This document shows positions 27,601 through 35,568 of a stretch of DNA of 38,932 bases, piece after piece; position 1 is the stretch's first letter, and each line of letters starts with the position of its first letter. The DNA is from an uncultured Deinococcales bacterium (GTDB lineage Bacteria > Deinococcota > Deinococci > Deinococcales > JAAFIG01). The translations under genes were made by a program, and so were the position numbers. The stretch spans positions 1-38,932 of the forward strand of contig CAXTKV010000020.1 in the NCBI GenBank assembly GCA_964244895.1, given 5' to 3'. A model generated the notes under the pieces. That model was not told the DNA's origin. It did no database searches and was given only the letters and a program-made list of their open reading frames with translations.

Positions 27601-28119
27601 GCGCTCGGGCATCTCGAGCGGGCCAGGGAGCGCTTCAGGTCCATCACCAACCACGTGCGCGAACCCGTTTCAAAAGTCTGGGTGACGCGCATCACGCTGG
27701 CGTTGGGTGATGCCTTCGTGCTGGACTTGCCGGAACTGCCCGGTCATTTCGGGCAGAACGTCTACCGGGCCGCGCAGGTCGAGCTGCAACTCAGCTTCGC
27801 GGCCTACGAAACCGTGCTGAAGATGACCTATACCGACAACGAGGACGAGTGGTGGTTCTGGGCGCTGGCTCGGGTTCACGCCTGCTGGCGGCTCGGACTG
27901 GATTTCAGCGCGCCGCTCGAGCAATTGCTGGACGTATCCCAATCGATGATGCTCAAGACTTCACTGGCGCTCGAGTACGCCCGGTTCGTCGAACGGGTCG
28001 TCGAGGGCGACTGGAACGACGCGACCCGCGCGGAGCTGAATGATCGCGTCGAGGCGTACCGCGCCTCCGTGATCGGCGTGTTCGCCAGGGACGCAGCGAT
28101 GGCGCTCTCAGGGCTTTAG
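24673..28119 (+). CDS. Hanks-type Ser/Thr kinase - STAND (AAA_16-like) ATPase - TPR protein
   Basis: GAGA, VAIK, HRDLKPEN, DFG, APE kinase motifs. Walker A GDAGIGKT, ENLHWAD, GNP, YRFTH. C-terminal TPR-like helices. Confidence 0.92.
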   Translation: MSTASADRYSIVRELGAGATSRVSLAVDLLTGEQVAIKQLFETGTLQGGVRMRREFRALKRLEHPNVVRVLDFGEQRTPYIVMEFVPGEDLSTWLEKSPDLGAIAHVFAQIADALSGVHGQGLIHRDLKPENIRVTPEGQAKLMDFGLAKNLESSVAITRVGAVVGTVLYMAPEQCRGAEIDYRADLYALGALMYRAFTGQPPFPGESLAQVILAHIQQAPRPPRQLRSDLPESLEALILSLLAKHPLDRPQTAVAVRDALIGILKDALGASLGGEDALGAADGSARADALLVAPLLGRDEALSSLEFLLDFDHDAPLVAVTGDAGIGKTRLLRTLEERAAVERKRIVWGEAALHDPTPFGAISRLIQGLSRHHKSVLDGLSDADRTELSRIAPSLGEAPPPDSSLPPELQRLRLFEAFTTLLERASRVAVLVLENLHWADESTLNLLAHATRAVQHPRLIVTYRIEDLPEGSDTPRGLSKPGLTLDLEPLSEATMRELLNARLGGAVEAGLAFELVSRADGNPWVLEEQLKLMLESGALARRAGVYEWNQKSVTKAPSGGLVTSSLDDLLTQRLSTLPAAALEFARAAGVLGRSFLFEDARSLLEWDDETALDALEQLVRSRVVTETPGTRGEGYRFTHPLYAQTLENSLISLRRKRLHARAAQRLEHRAPPMALAQHHREAGEDARALEYALSAGRNAQAAFSYPLAERAYRLGLEASKALDGNLRGLLCAHYLAQVLSATGRNEEAVWLWAQVIDQAPRLPGGETLAANAKISLVVVQRRQGSIEDSLSLLGEPQRNTPLFDELCVELCAVYRALNDLPKARHYGLEALAESRRLGKTGTLVKALVNLAEVENALGRASRAERLLRLATGFAERGENHHLRSLAWNNLGSTLYLQARDDEALEAWETAARSSRIIGDIAYQATLEVNIALILMGQDDFSEALARFEAASSLSERAGYATIQKHALYNAGVCEYALGHLERARERFRSITNHVREPVSKVWVTRITLALGDAFVLDLPELPGHFGQNVYRAAQVELQLSFAAYETVLKMTYTDNEDEWWFWALARVHACWRLGLDFSAPLEQLLDVSQSMMLKTSLALEYARFVERVVEGDWNDATRAELNDRVEAYRASVIGVFARDAAMALSGL

Positions 28120-28168
28120 TTTCCAGGTGTCGCCCGAGACGGCCTTCTTGAAACGCAGTTTCTCGAGA

Positions 28169-28225
28169 TACACCGTCCTGGACAGCGTTTTTTGATTCCT
28201 CAAAAGTGCCGTGCTGGACGGTGTC
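28169..28225. repeat. Paired box repeat, 21-bp spacer
   Basis: Boxes 28172-28186 and 28208-28222. Confidence 0.85.
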
Positions 28226-28338
28226 ACCATTTCAGGCCCGACGATGTCCGATCCCGAGATTCGCGCCGAGTGCTCGAGATGCGGTCGTCTCGCGCCTCCG
28301 GGCAATCTCATGGAGCCCAAGCTATGCTCGTGAAAAGC

Positions 28339-28470
28339 AAAGACCGTCGGGGATGGTCTTTTCATTCGGCCTTTTCAACCGGATCGGTTTTGGACAAAAA
28401 CTCGAATTCCAAGCCCGAAACGAACACCGTTGCCCACCCATTACTTCTCTATCTTGCGTGATGGACGGGT
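28339..28470. repeat. Degenerate boxes (one single, one pair with 14-bp spacer)
   Basis: Boxes 28343-28357, 28426-28440 and 28455-28469. Confidence 0.6.
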
Positions 28471-28527
28471 ATTTTGACCAACGATTTTTGCCGAACGCCT
28501 TACCATGAGAAACGTGGAGGAAGTCAA

Positions 28528-29217
28528 ATGTTGAAACGTTCAGGGTTCGTTCTGGCCGCCATGATCGCGGTCGTCGGGTGCGGCAGCATCAAGATTCCGG
28601 TCGGCGAGACCAACGTGCGCGTCGGCGGTCAAGTCGGCGAGACCGTGACCGCGCCGATCACCAACGGTTCGGTGGATCGCGTGATCGGCTCGCCCGTGTC
28701 GCTCGATCGCGGCTCGCCCGTGTCGCTGGACGGCGTGACGGCGGATCAGGTCAACCACATCGGCGCGGACAGCGGTTCGTGGAGCCTCAAAGGTGCCAAA
28801 CTGAGCAGCACCGCCCCCAGCGTCCAGGGCGTCAAGGCGACCGCCGCCGGAACGCTGGACATCACCGTCACGATCAAGCTGAAGTTCTACCAGAATGACG
28901 CCGATGCCAGCACCGGTTGCAGCTCGGGCGAGGTTTACACGGCGGTTGAGGCCGCCAGCGCCAGCGCCCAGGTGGACGCCGCGGGCAACATCAGCGACCT
29001 GAGCGCCCAGTTGAGCCAGGCCAACCTGAACAACATGACCAACGCCATCAAGGTGATCTACACCAAGACGCAAGCCTCGAAGGTCGCGGGCACGACGCCC
29101 TGGAAGATGCTGGCCTGCCTGAGCGGCAACGTCAACTTCAATGGTTCGCCCGTGGCGAACGGTTCGTTGATCCTGACCGGCTTCGATCTGGGGCTGGGAT
29201 TGTACTACTCGCTCTGA
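28528..29217 (+). CDS. Lipoprotein of unknown function
   Basis: GGAGG RBS then ATG 28528. Lipobox VVGC. Followed by a terminator. Confidence 0.85.
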   Translation: MLKRSGFVLAAMIAVVGCGSIKIPVGETNVRVGGQVGETVTAPITNGSVDRVIGSPVSLDRGSPVSLDGVTADQVNHIGADSGSWSLKGAKLSSTAPSVQGVKATAAGTLDITVTIKLKFYQNDADASTGCSSGEVYTAVEAASASAQVDAAGNISDLSAQLSQANLNNMTNAIKVIYTKTQASKVAGTTPWKMLACLSGNVNFNGSPVANGSLILTGFDLGLGLYYSL

Positions 29218-29226
29218 GCTGAAGTG

Positions 29227-29257
29227 AAAAAAGGGCGGCATTGCGCCGCCCTTTTTT
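29227..29257. terminator. Bidirectional intrinsic terminator
   Basis: AAAAAA-GGGCGGC-attgc-GCCGCCC-TTTTTT. Confidence 0.9.
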
Positions 29258-29296
29258 CGTCTCGCGCTCGAACAACGCAACTTCTCGAGAGCCCAC

Positions 29297-29354
29297 GAGA
29301 CCGTCCAGCACGCGAATCCTCGAGTCCCGAGGATACCGTCTGGGACGGTCTTCC
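29297..29354. repeat. Paired box repeat, 20-bp spacer
   Basis: Boxes 29300-29314 and 29335-29349. Confidence 0.9.
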
Positions 29355-29400
29355 TGAGATTTTCAAAGCACAAATCGCGATCCGGTGTCAGACTGAAAGC

Positions 29401-30099
29401 ATGACACTCCAGGGCAAGGTCTTCATCATCACCGGTGCGGGCGGGGCGATCTCGAGCGCGATCAACGCGGCTTTCAACGCGGCGGGGGCGCAGTTGGCGC
29501 TGGCGGATCGTCCGGGCAACGCGGAACGCGCCAGCGAAAGGTTGGGCGCAGGGCTGGCCGTGCCGGTCGATCTCAGTTCGCTTTCGGGCGCGGGCGAGAT
29601 GGTCGCGGCGACCGTCGCGCATTACGGGCGCGTGGATGGCCTGATTCACACCGTCGGCGGTTTCGCCACGGGCAAGATTCTGGAGTTCAAACCGGACGAT
29701 CTGGATCGGATGATCGACCTGAACCTGAAGACGCTGGCCTACGCGGTCGCGGCGGCCCTGCCGGAAGTCCTGAAGCAAGAAAACGGTTTCATCGGCGGCA
29801 TTTCGGCGGCGCAGGTGGCGCGCGGCGCAGGCGGGGGCGCGGCCCTGTACACGGCGACCAAAGGCGCCGTGGCGTTGTTCCTGAAATCCCTGGACGCGGA
29901 ACTCAAAGGCTCGAGCGCCAAGGCGGGCGTGATTTACCCGATGGGCACGGTGGACACACCCGCCAACCGCAAGGACATGCCGGATGGCGACCCACAGACC
30001 TGGATCGACCCCGGTGAAATCGGCGCGGCTTTCGTTCACATGGCCAGCCGTTCCGCTCGGGGCCGGGTGCTCGAGATGCAGGTCTTCCCACCGAGGTAA
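29401..30099 (+). CDS. Short-chain dehydrogenase/reductase
   Basis: ITGAGGAIS, YTATK. Start ATG 29401 after CAGACT-N6. The ORF-track extension covers a terminator and a repeat. Confidence 0.9.
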   Translation: MTLQGKVFIITGAGGAISSAINAAFNAAGAQLALADRPGNAERASERLGAGLAVPVDLSSLSGAGEMVAATVAHYGRVDGLIHTVGGFATGKILEFKPDDLDRMIDLNLKTLAYAVAAALPEVLKQENGFIGGISAAQVARGAGGGAALYTATKGAVALFLKSLDAELKGSSAKAGVIYPMGTVDTPANRKDMPDGDPQTWIDPGEIGAAFVHMASRSARGRVLEMQVFPPR

Positions 30100-30102
30100 T
30101 CC

Positions 30103-30330
30103 ATGAAGGAATCCCTTTTCCGCGTGCACGACATCGGCATCGACGTGTTCGATGGTTCGGACGATTTTCTCGAGGACTGGCGCTCGCGCTGGGGTGCGGC
30201 CATTCAGGATTTCCAGGACATCGGTTGCGGCTGCTGCGTTCACGTGCTGAGTTTCATCGGGCCGAAGGCGGCGATTCTGGAACTGGAATCGCGCTTTAAT
30301 GAAGAAATCTGGCACGCGGCTGCGAATTAA
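30103..30330 (+). CDS. Small acidic hypothetical protein with GCGCC motif
   Basis: GAGGT RBS, 3 nt after the SDR stop, typical codon usage. Confidence 0.65.
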   Translation: MKESLFRVHDIGIDVFDGSDDFLEDWRSRWGAAIQDFQDIGCGCCVHVLSFIGPKAAILELESRFNEEIWHAAAN

Positions 30331-30349
30331 CACCGTCTGGGACAGTGTT
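30329..30349. repeat. Single box overlapping a stop codon
   Basis: AACACCGTCTGGGACAGTGTT; a further remnant GTGCTGACGGTGTT at 30447-30460. Confidence 0.8.
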
Positions 30350-30460
30350 CTCGGGTTGCGCGCTGGAGCGATCCTGCCCGTGTGGTGCATGTTCAGGATC
30401 AAGACAGGTGCTGTCTCGTGAGCAAGAAGCGCGAACAGCCCGCCAGGTGCTGACGGTGTT

Positions 30461-31594
30461 TTACAACCTCGAGCGCTCGAGCGCCCTGCCAAAGGCCGAA
30501 ACCGCGAGCACCAGATCATCCCTGGTCGTGTCCCGTCCGAGGCTGAAGCGCACACTGGAACGCGCATCCTGGCGCGTGTGACCGAGCGCCAGCAGCACGT
30601 GGGATGGCTCGAGCGTGCCCGCGTTGCAGGCGCTGCCGCTGGACGCGCTGACGCCCTCAATGTCCAGGTTCATCAAGAGCGCTTCGCCGTCCGCGCCGCT
30701 GGCGGTGATGCTGACGTGCTTGGGGCTGCGGTTCGGCGCGCCCAGGCCGGGGCCGTTCAAGCGCACGCCGTCAAACTCGAGCAAGCGCACCGCGAACCAG
30801 TCGCGCAAACCGGCCAGCCGCGCGGATTCCTCGGGTTGCTGCCTGACGGCCTTCTCGAGCGCCAGGCTGAGGCCGACCGCGCCAGGCAGGTTGTGCGTGC
30901 CGCCGCGCAGACCGCCTTCCTGGTGACCGCCCATCATCAAGGGCGGCAACTCCAGACCGCGCCTGACGAACAGCGCACCGACTCCTTTCGGGCCGTAAAA
31001 CTTGTGGCCTGAAATGGACGCCAGATCGCAGCCCAGCGCGCGCGCGTCGAACGGCACGAAACCGGGGCTCTGCACGGCGTCCACGTGCAACGGAATGCCT
31101 CTGGCGCGGGTGATTTCCGCGATGGCGGGAATGTCTTGGACGGTGCCGATCTCGTTGTTGACGTGCATCGCGCTGACCAGGATCGTGTCCGGTTGCAGCG
31201 CGTCCCGAACGGCTTCTGGGTGAATCGCGCCGTGCTGGTCGGGTTGCAGGTACGTGACCCGGCAGCGCCCCGTGGCCTCGAGCGCGCGGGCTGGCGCGAG
31301 GATCGCGCTGTGCTCGATCGCGGTCGTGACGATGTGACCGCCGCGCGCCAATCCGAGCGAGAACACCGCCTGGTTGTCCGCTTCCGTTCCGCCGGACGTG
31401 AAAATCACTTCTCTGGACGATGCGCCCATCGCGTCCGCCAGTCGTTCCCTGGCGTCTTCCAGGGCTTCGCGGGCTTCCGCGCCGTGGCGGTGAACGCTCG
31501 AGGCGTTGCCGGACAAAAAGTGGTACGGGCGCATGGCCGCCTCGATCTCGGGATCGAGCGGGGTGGTGGCGGCGTGGTCGAGGTAAACGCGCAT
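30461..31594 (-). CDS. iscS: Cysteine desulfurase (class I, IscS/NifS type)
   Basis: YLDHAATTP, FTSGGTEADN, NNEIG, HVDAVQ, SGHKFYGPKG, SSGSAC. Start ATG 31594 with GGAGA RBS. Confidence 0.93.
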   Translation of the reverse strand: MRVYLDHAATTPLDPEIEAAMRPYHFLSGNASSVHRHGAEAREALEDARERLADAMGASSREVIFTSGGTEADNQAVFSLGLARGGHIVTTAIEHSAILAPARALEATGRCRVTYLQPDQHGAIHPEAVRDALQPDTILVSAMHVNNEIGTVQDIPAIAEITRARGIPLHVDAVQSPGFVPFDARALGCDLASISGHKFYGPKGVGALFVRRGLELPPLMMGGHQEGGLRGGTHNLPGAVGLSLALEKAVRQQPEESARLAGLRDWFAVRLLEFDGVRLNGPGLGAPNRSPKHVSITASGADGEALLMNLDIEGVSASSGSACNAGTLEPSHVLLALGHTRQDARSSVRFSLGRDTTRDDLVLAVSAFGRALERSRL

Positions 31595-31635
31595 GGTGGG
31601 TGTCTCCGAAGGCGAGCAGTTTTGACGAGCAGTGA

Positions 31636-31691
31636 AAAACACCGTGCCAGACGGTGTTCTCGAGTTTACAGAACAATCGTCCCGGACGATG
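31636..31691. repeat. Paired box repeat, 20-bp spacer
   Basis: Boxes 31641-31655 and 31676-31690, inside the rrf2-iscS gap. Confidence 0.85.
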
Positions 31692-31692
31692 C

Positions 31693-32172
31693 TCAGTCGT
31701 TCGCGGCCATCGGTAGGGCTTGAGCGCCTTCGATCTGTGCCTGACGCATCCGCAAAGCGGCCTGAACGAACTCGGCCTCGTGCAGCAAATCGGCCAGGGT
31801 CGCGCCGGAGAGCACCTCGCGGATCGAGTGATCCACGCGCCGCCACAGGCCCTCGGTACCGCAGGCTCCGGCGTGGTGGCAGGTGTCGGTGTCCTCGATG
31901 CAACTCACCGGCGCGAGGCTGCCTTCCATGGCCTCGACGACCTGAAGGGCGGTGATCTGCTCGGGCGGGCGGGCCAGTTTGTAACCGCCGTTCGCGCCGC
32001 GCACGCTGCGGATGAACCCGGAACGGCGCAGGTTGGACGCGATCTGCTCGAGGTAATGCTGGCTGATGTCCTGTTTTTCAGCCACGTATTTGAGCGCGAT
32101 GGATTCGCCATTGGCTGCGGCGATCTCGATCAGCGCGCGCAGGCCGTACTGGGCTTTGGTGGAGATCCACAT
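31693..32172 (-). CDS. Rrf2-family regulator (IscR-like, three Cys)
   Basis: YGLRAL, YLEQI, SVRGANGGYKLA, C-x6-C-x5-C. Directly upstream of the cysteine desulfurase. Confidence 0.93.
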   Translation of the reverse strand: MWISTKAQYGLRALIEIAAANGESIALKYVAEKQDISQHYLEQIASNLRRSGFIRSVRGANGGYKLARPPEQITALQVVEAMEGSLAPVSCIEDTDTCHHAGACGTEGLWRRVDHSIREVLSGATLADLLHEAEFVQAALRMRQAQIEGAQALPMAAND

Positions 32173-32255
32173 GATGCTTCCTCTTCTCTGATCGGCGAAC
32201 CCGTCGGGCTCGAGTTTGAGGTTGCTCGCTCTCGAGGGTCTGGACGGCCCCGAGT

Positions 32256-32308
32256 TGAGAATGATTCGCAGTTTAAATCCGTAAATGTCTTACGTCAAGT
32301 ACGGATTT
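32256..32308 (-). promoter_or_regulatory. sigmaA promoter of rrf2-iscS with overlapping operators
   Basis: Minus strand TTGACG-N17-TAAACT (32298..32270). Inverted repeat AAATCCGTA-N16-TACGGATTT. 7-1-7 TGAGAAT-G-ATTCGCA. Confidence 0.65.
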
Positions 32309-32380
32309 CTCGTTCGTCGCTCGAGATGGCACGAACTCGAGATGGCTGGACGAGGTGACGGGAATCTGTAGAGTTTCGGC

Positions 32381-32632
32381 ATGACCCTCGAATTCATTCC
32401 CGAAAACGATTATGAACGCGTGCTGTTGCGCATCACCGACGACCACAAGCGCGTCACCGTGACGCTCGAGACTGAGGATCGCGGCTCTTACGCGCCCAGA
32501 GTGTACGAACTGCACGCGGAGCATTTGGGCCTCTGGGACGATGGCGCGCCCATATCCACCCTCGACCGGGATCGCATCCTCGAACTGGCAAAACGCGCCA
32601 GGCCGGACTTCGACTTCGAGGTTTTCGATTAA
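32381..32632 (+). CDS. Small acidic hypothetical protein
   Basis: 83 aa. TAGAGT-N6-ATG leaderless-type start. Fills the gap between genes. Confidence 0.7.
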   Translation: MTLEFIPENDYERVLLRITDDHKRVTVTLETEDRGSYAPRVYELHAEHLGLWDDGAPISTLDRDRILELAKRARPDFDFEVFD

Positions 32633-32678
32633 ACACCGTCCACCGCACAAATAAAAAACACCGTCTGGGACGGTGTTC
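32632..32678. repeat. Paired box repeat, 10-bp spacer
   Basis: Boxes 32635-32649 and 32660-32674. Confidence 0.88.
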
Positions 32679-32700
32679 TCGAGATGCTCAGGTCTGGAAT

Positions 32701-33207
32701 TTACGGGGCGGGCGGTGGGTAGCACGCGCCGACATCCACGCCGTTCAACGCCAACGGCCCGGCCTGCTCGCCGCCCGTGTTGGAAACGGAAACCGTGACG
32801 TTCATCGGATAAGAGGTCTTCGGGTCGGGCTGCGTCACGCCCTCTGCCTGCACACTCGAGGCGGTCACCGCGACGTTGGCCAGATCGACCTTGACCGTGA
32901 CCTTGTTGGACGCCGGGAAGGGCAGCTTGACACCCACCGGAAGGCTGTTGACATCCGCGACCGTGACAGTTTGGGTGGCCTTGTTGCCCGCCGCACCGTA
33001 GGGCGTGAAGCCCATCTTGATGGCGCTGATCTTGCCGATGTAATCAAAATTCAGCGTCAGGTAGTTCTTGCCGTCCGTGTCCACCTGGCAGGCGACCGTC
33101 GGCGCCTGCAAGTTCGAGATGGTCAGCGGAATGCTGACGCTGACGTTGCAACCAGCCAGCGTCAGCGCGAAAACCGCGCCCGCCCCGAGAATCGCGATGC
33201 TTTTCAT
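32701..33207 (-). CDS. Lipoprotein of unknown function
   Basis: Lipobox LAGC. TATGCT-N7-ATG favours start 33207 over 33219. Confidence 0.82.
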   Translation of the reverse strand: MKSIAILGAGAVFALTLAGCNVSVSIPLTISNLQAPTVACQVDTDGKNYLTLNFDYIGKISAIKMGFTPYGAAGNKATQTVTVADVNSLPVGVKLPFPASNKVTVKVDLANVAVTASSVQAEGVTQPDPKTSYPMNVTVSVSNTGGEQAGPLALNGVDVGACYPPPAP

Positions 33208-33300
33208 GGGGTTGAGCATAGCCTGGGTGTTCCACGCAATCTCTGAGGCGCAAGTGAGTTACGTGGCGCGCATCACTCGAGCCAGATCACTCCGGCTGAA

Positions 33301-34068
33301 TCACTCGAGGTCCGGCGCGTAAGCCCTGAGCGGCTCGAGCATCTCTCGGGCGGTCAAATCCATCTTGATCGGCGTGACGGCCACGAAACCCGCCGTCACG
33401 ACCGCGAAATCGCTGTCGGGTTCCGTGTCACCCGTCGGCGTGCCAGCCACCCAGTAGTACTCGTGCCCGTCGGGATCGACGCGCTTGTGAACGGCGTCCT
33501 TCCAGTAGTGTCCACCCTGCGGCGCGACCCGCACGCCCAGGGGTTTGCCGACCGGAAAATTCACGTTGAGAAGCGTCCTGGGCGGCAAACCTCGCTCCAG
33601 CACGGCCTGCGCGATGCGCGGCGCGTAGGCCGCCGCGTGCGAGAAATCCAGGTCTTCCTCACCGACCCGCAACGAAAACGCGATGCTCAATACGCCCATC
33701 GACGCGCCCTCGAGCGCCGCCGCGACCGTACCCGAATGCGTCAGGTCGTAGCCGAGATTGCTGCCGATGTTGATGCCGGAAACCACCAGGTCTGGCTGGC
33801 CCAGGTTGTGAACGCCTAGCACGACGCAATCGGCGGGCGTGCCATCGACGCGGTAGGCGGGAATATCGCCGAACCCGGCGGCTCTGGTGTGCTTGAAGCG
33901 CAGCGGGCGGCGCACCGTGATGCCGTGCCCGACGGCGGATTGTTCCACGTCCGGCGCGACCACGAACACGTCCCCGATTGCTTTCATGCTGAGCGCCAGG
34001 GCTTTGATGCCCGGCGAGAAGATACCGTCGTCATTGGCGACCAGAATCGTGGGTTTCTTCAAAGACAT
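33301..34068 (-). CDS. surE: 5'/3'-nucleotidase SurE
   Basis: ILVANDDG, VAP..EQS, GTPADCV, SGINIGSN, SGTVAAA. TACAAT-N7-ATG. Confidence 0.97.
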   Translation of the reverse strand: MSLKKPTILVANDDGIFSPGIKALALSMKAIGDVFVVAPDVEQSAVGHGITVRRPLRFKHTRAAGFGDIPAYRVDGTPADCVVLGVHNLGQPDLVVSGINIGSNLGYDLTHSGTVAAALEGASMGVLSIAFSLRVGEEDLDFSHAAAYAPRIAQAVLERGLPPRTLLNVNFPVGKPLGVRVAPQGGHYWKDAVHKRVDPDGHEYYWVAGTPTGDTEPDSDFAVVTAGFVAVTPIKMDLTAREMLEPLRAYAPDLE

Positions 34069-34105
34069 GGCGCGAATTGTACACCTGAGGCGGGAATCTC
34101 GAGAT

Positions 34106-34157
34106 GGGAGCACCGTCCGGGACGCGTTTCAAAATAGGCGTGCTGAACGGTGTTCCC
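34106..34157. repeat. Paired box repeat, 10-bp spacer
   Basis: Boxes 34112-34126 and 34137-34151. Confidence 0.9.
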
Positions 34158-34165
34158 GAGTCGCG

Positions 34166-34516
34166 TCACGGTCGGTTCGAGATCTGGAACGGGTTCCCTT
34201 CGGGGTCTTTTCCGTCGCAGAATCGCAGGTCATCGGACGATTGCACGCGCCCCATCTTGACGCCTCGAGCCACCAGGATGGCGCGCGCCGCATTCACGTC
34301 CTCGGCGTAGAACACGACCTTCGGCGCGCGCCGCGATGCGTTCGGAGCGCCGCCGTCGTGCAGGGCGATCGAGCATCCGCCCGCCTCGAACTCGAGCCAG
34401 CGTTTCGGGTCGTCGGGCGTGGGTTTGAGCTTCAACCCGAGAACATCGCGGTAGAACGCACCGACGCCGGGCACGTCCTCGACGAACAGGGTGATGCGCC
34501 GAACGGAAAGCTTCAT
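34166..34516 (-). CDS. VOC/glyoxalase-family protein
   Basis: FYRDVLGL, F...DV.A....L...GV, DPEGN. Confidence 0.88.
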   Translation of the reverse strand: MKLSVRRITLFVEDVPGVGAFYRDVLGLKLKPTPDDPKRWLEFEAGGCSIALHDGGAPNASRRAPKVVFYAEDVNAARAILVARGVKMGRVQSSDDLRFCDGKDPEGNPFQISNRP

Positions 34517-34583
34517 GGCTCGAGGCTACGCGATGCGATCACGCGGCGCAAGCGCTATTTTTTATCCCGAGCGAACGATTCCA

Positions 34584-34602
34584 GGCGTTCCAGACGGCGT
34601 TC
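34584..34602. repeat. Single degenerate box
   Basis: GGCGTTCCAGACGGCGTTC. Confidence 0.6.
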
Positions 34603-34621
34603 TTCAAGCTCGAGCATCAAT

Positions 34622-35326
34622 TTACCTTCTGCGCCTGTCCTCTAAACCCATGCCCAGGCGCTCCAGGTAGGCTTCCATCGCGTCCACCAGCACGACCACG
34701 GTGCGCCCATCGCGGCGGATCACGCCCTCGCGCTCGAGTTCACCGAAGTTCAAACTGACGGTTTCGCGGCGCACGGTGATCAGTTCGGCCAGCTCTTCCT
34801 GAGTCAACGGCAATTGCAGGCGCAGGCCGTCCTTGACGGGTTTGCCCTGCTCGCGGGCGAGCTGAAACAGGATGCGCGCCAGCCGCGCCGCGACCCTGGA
34901 ACTGTCCGAGATCACGCGCGAACGCAGATCGCGTTGCGCCGCTCGAGCCAGCACGCGCCCGACGGCGATGGTGAACGAGGGCACGGTATTGAAGCGGGCG
35001 CGCAGATCGCCGACTTCCCAGGTCAGGACGCTGGCGCGCGTCAGGGCCACGACTTCTGGCGTGACAAATTCCGCGTCTGCGACGGCTTCCAGCGATAAGA
35101 ATTCGCCGCCGCGTTTGACGGTCAGGACGCGCTCCTCGCCTTCCGGGGTGAAGGTCGCGAGCTTGAACCAGCCTGTTGATACATAACTGACGAAATTCGG
35201 GCGTTCATCGAAGGCGTAGAGCAAATCAGATTTTTCGATCTCGCGCCTGCGGGCCATGTCCATCAATGGCAGCGCCACCTCGTCCGGTAAGCCTTCGAGG
35301 ACGCGTGGGGACTCGAGCATGGTCAC
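34622..35326 (-). CDS. Crp/Fnr-family transcriptional regulator
   Basis: cNMP-like N-terminal domain, RLARIL, HTH LTQEELAELITVRRETVS. GTG start overlaps the upstream TGA. Confidence 0.9.
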   Translation of the reverse strand: MTMLESPRVLEGLPDEVALPLMDMARRREIEKSDLLYAFDERPNFVSYVSTGWFKLATFTPEGEERVLTVKRGGEFLSLEAVADAEFVTPEVVALTRASVLTWEVGDLRARFNTVPSFTIAVGRVLARAAQRDLRSRVISDSSRVAARLARILFQLAREQGKPVKDGLRLQLPLTQEELAELITVRRETVSLNFGELEREGVIRRDGRTVVVLVDAMEAYLERLGMGLEDRRRR

Positions 35327-35568
35327 GCCTGAGCCCCGTTCTGGTTGAGCGCCTTTGAAAGCTCCTCGTACAGAAGCTGATCCAGCACGCCCAGTTCATC
35401 GTCCAGCACGCGCTCGGAGGCCGCCAGGATGCGTTCGAGTTCGCCGATCGCCTCGCCGAACGCGCGGTTCTGAATGTTCTCGCGGAAGACCTTGACCAGA
35501 GGCGTCAGGGCTTCGCGCACGGCAGCCCGGAAGGTCTCGAGGTCGGTGTCCTGATCCACGATGCTCAC
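35323..35568 (-). CDS. Small acidic helical hypothetical protein
   Basis: GTG 35568 overlaps the stop of the response regulator (GTGA), and its own TGA overlaps the Crp start. 81 aa. Confidence 0.7.
   Translation of the reverse strand: MSIVDQDTDLETFRAAVREALTPLVKVFRENIQNRAFGEAIGELERILAASERVLDDELGVLDQLLYEELSKALNQNGAQA

Noticed and set aside
28540..30660. 706-aa minus-strand ORF
   Set aside because: Antisense to three well-supported plus-strand genes, and it crosses a terminator and repeats. A GC-rich shadow ORF.
31595..31903. Extension of the iscS ORF to 480 aa
   Set aside because: It overlaps rrf2 in another frame and crosses a repeat. RBS and homology start at 31594.
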